NCBI RefSeq assembly: GCF_963921235.1
Contig: NC_086097.1
Coordinates: 28,274,001 to 28,338,000 of the forward strand
Length of the DNA: 64,000 bases
Reading direction: 5' to 3'
Source of the DNA: Mobula hypostoma
Lineage: Eukaryota
Shown here: positions 63,833 to 64,000 of the stretch, in pieces
Layout of the letters: each line of letters opens with the position of its first letter
Position numbering within the stretch: the first letter of the stretch is position 1
Position numbers and translations under genes: made by a program
The notes under the pieces: generated by a model
The model's database searches: none
What the model saw: the letters and a program-made list of their open reading frames with translations, nothing else
Told to the model about the DNA's origin: nothing

Positions 63833-64000
63833 GAAGCCAGGAAGGGTGTAATGGAAATGCACCTTGTTCTGAGCTCTGCTGCCTCCCAACGTCAGAGAGC
63901 TCAGTTCAATCCAAAGTACAGACTGATTGCATGGGCTTTCTCCAGATGCTCTGAGTTCCTGCCATATACTCCTAACTTGCCTGTGTAAAATTATGATTAA

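Overview
Repeat-dense vertebrate DNA, most likely from a cartilaginous fish (ray/shark), judged from the CR1/HER1-type LINEs, V-domain SINEs, Penelope and Rex1 elements. Bases 1-15.7 kb are a C/T-rich 18-bp satellite with irregular higher-order duplications. About 17-39 kb is a pile of nested transposons: a dead KIAA1586-like hAT transposase hit by Penelope and Harbinger insertions, CR1 LINEs hit by a solo LTR and a Charlie3-like hAT, plus MER2-like and mariner MITEs. A 2.3-kb (GT)n tract precedes the only convincing host genes: two tandem, single-coding-exon, minus-strand GPR68/OGR1-like proton-sensing GPCRs. The two have lost complementary sets of pH-sensing histidines, and one has DRY changed to NRF. 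The most notable non-coding signal is a family of Penelope-like elements carrying minimal type I hammerhead ribozymes (about 11 copies, 2 with a canonical core). Several sit as TSD-flanked inverted pairs near the GPCR genes. Family assignments come from motif recognition only; no database search was run.
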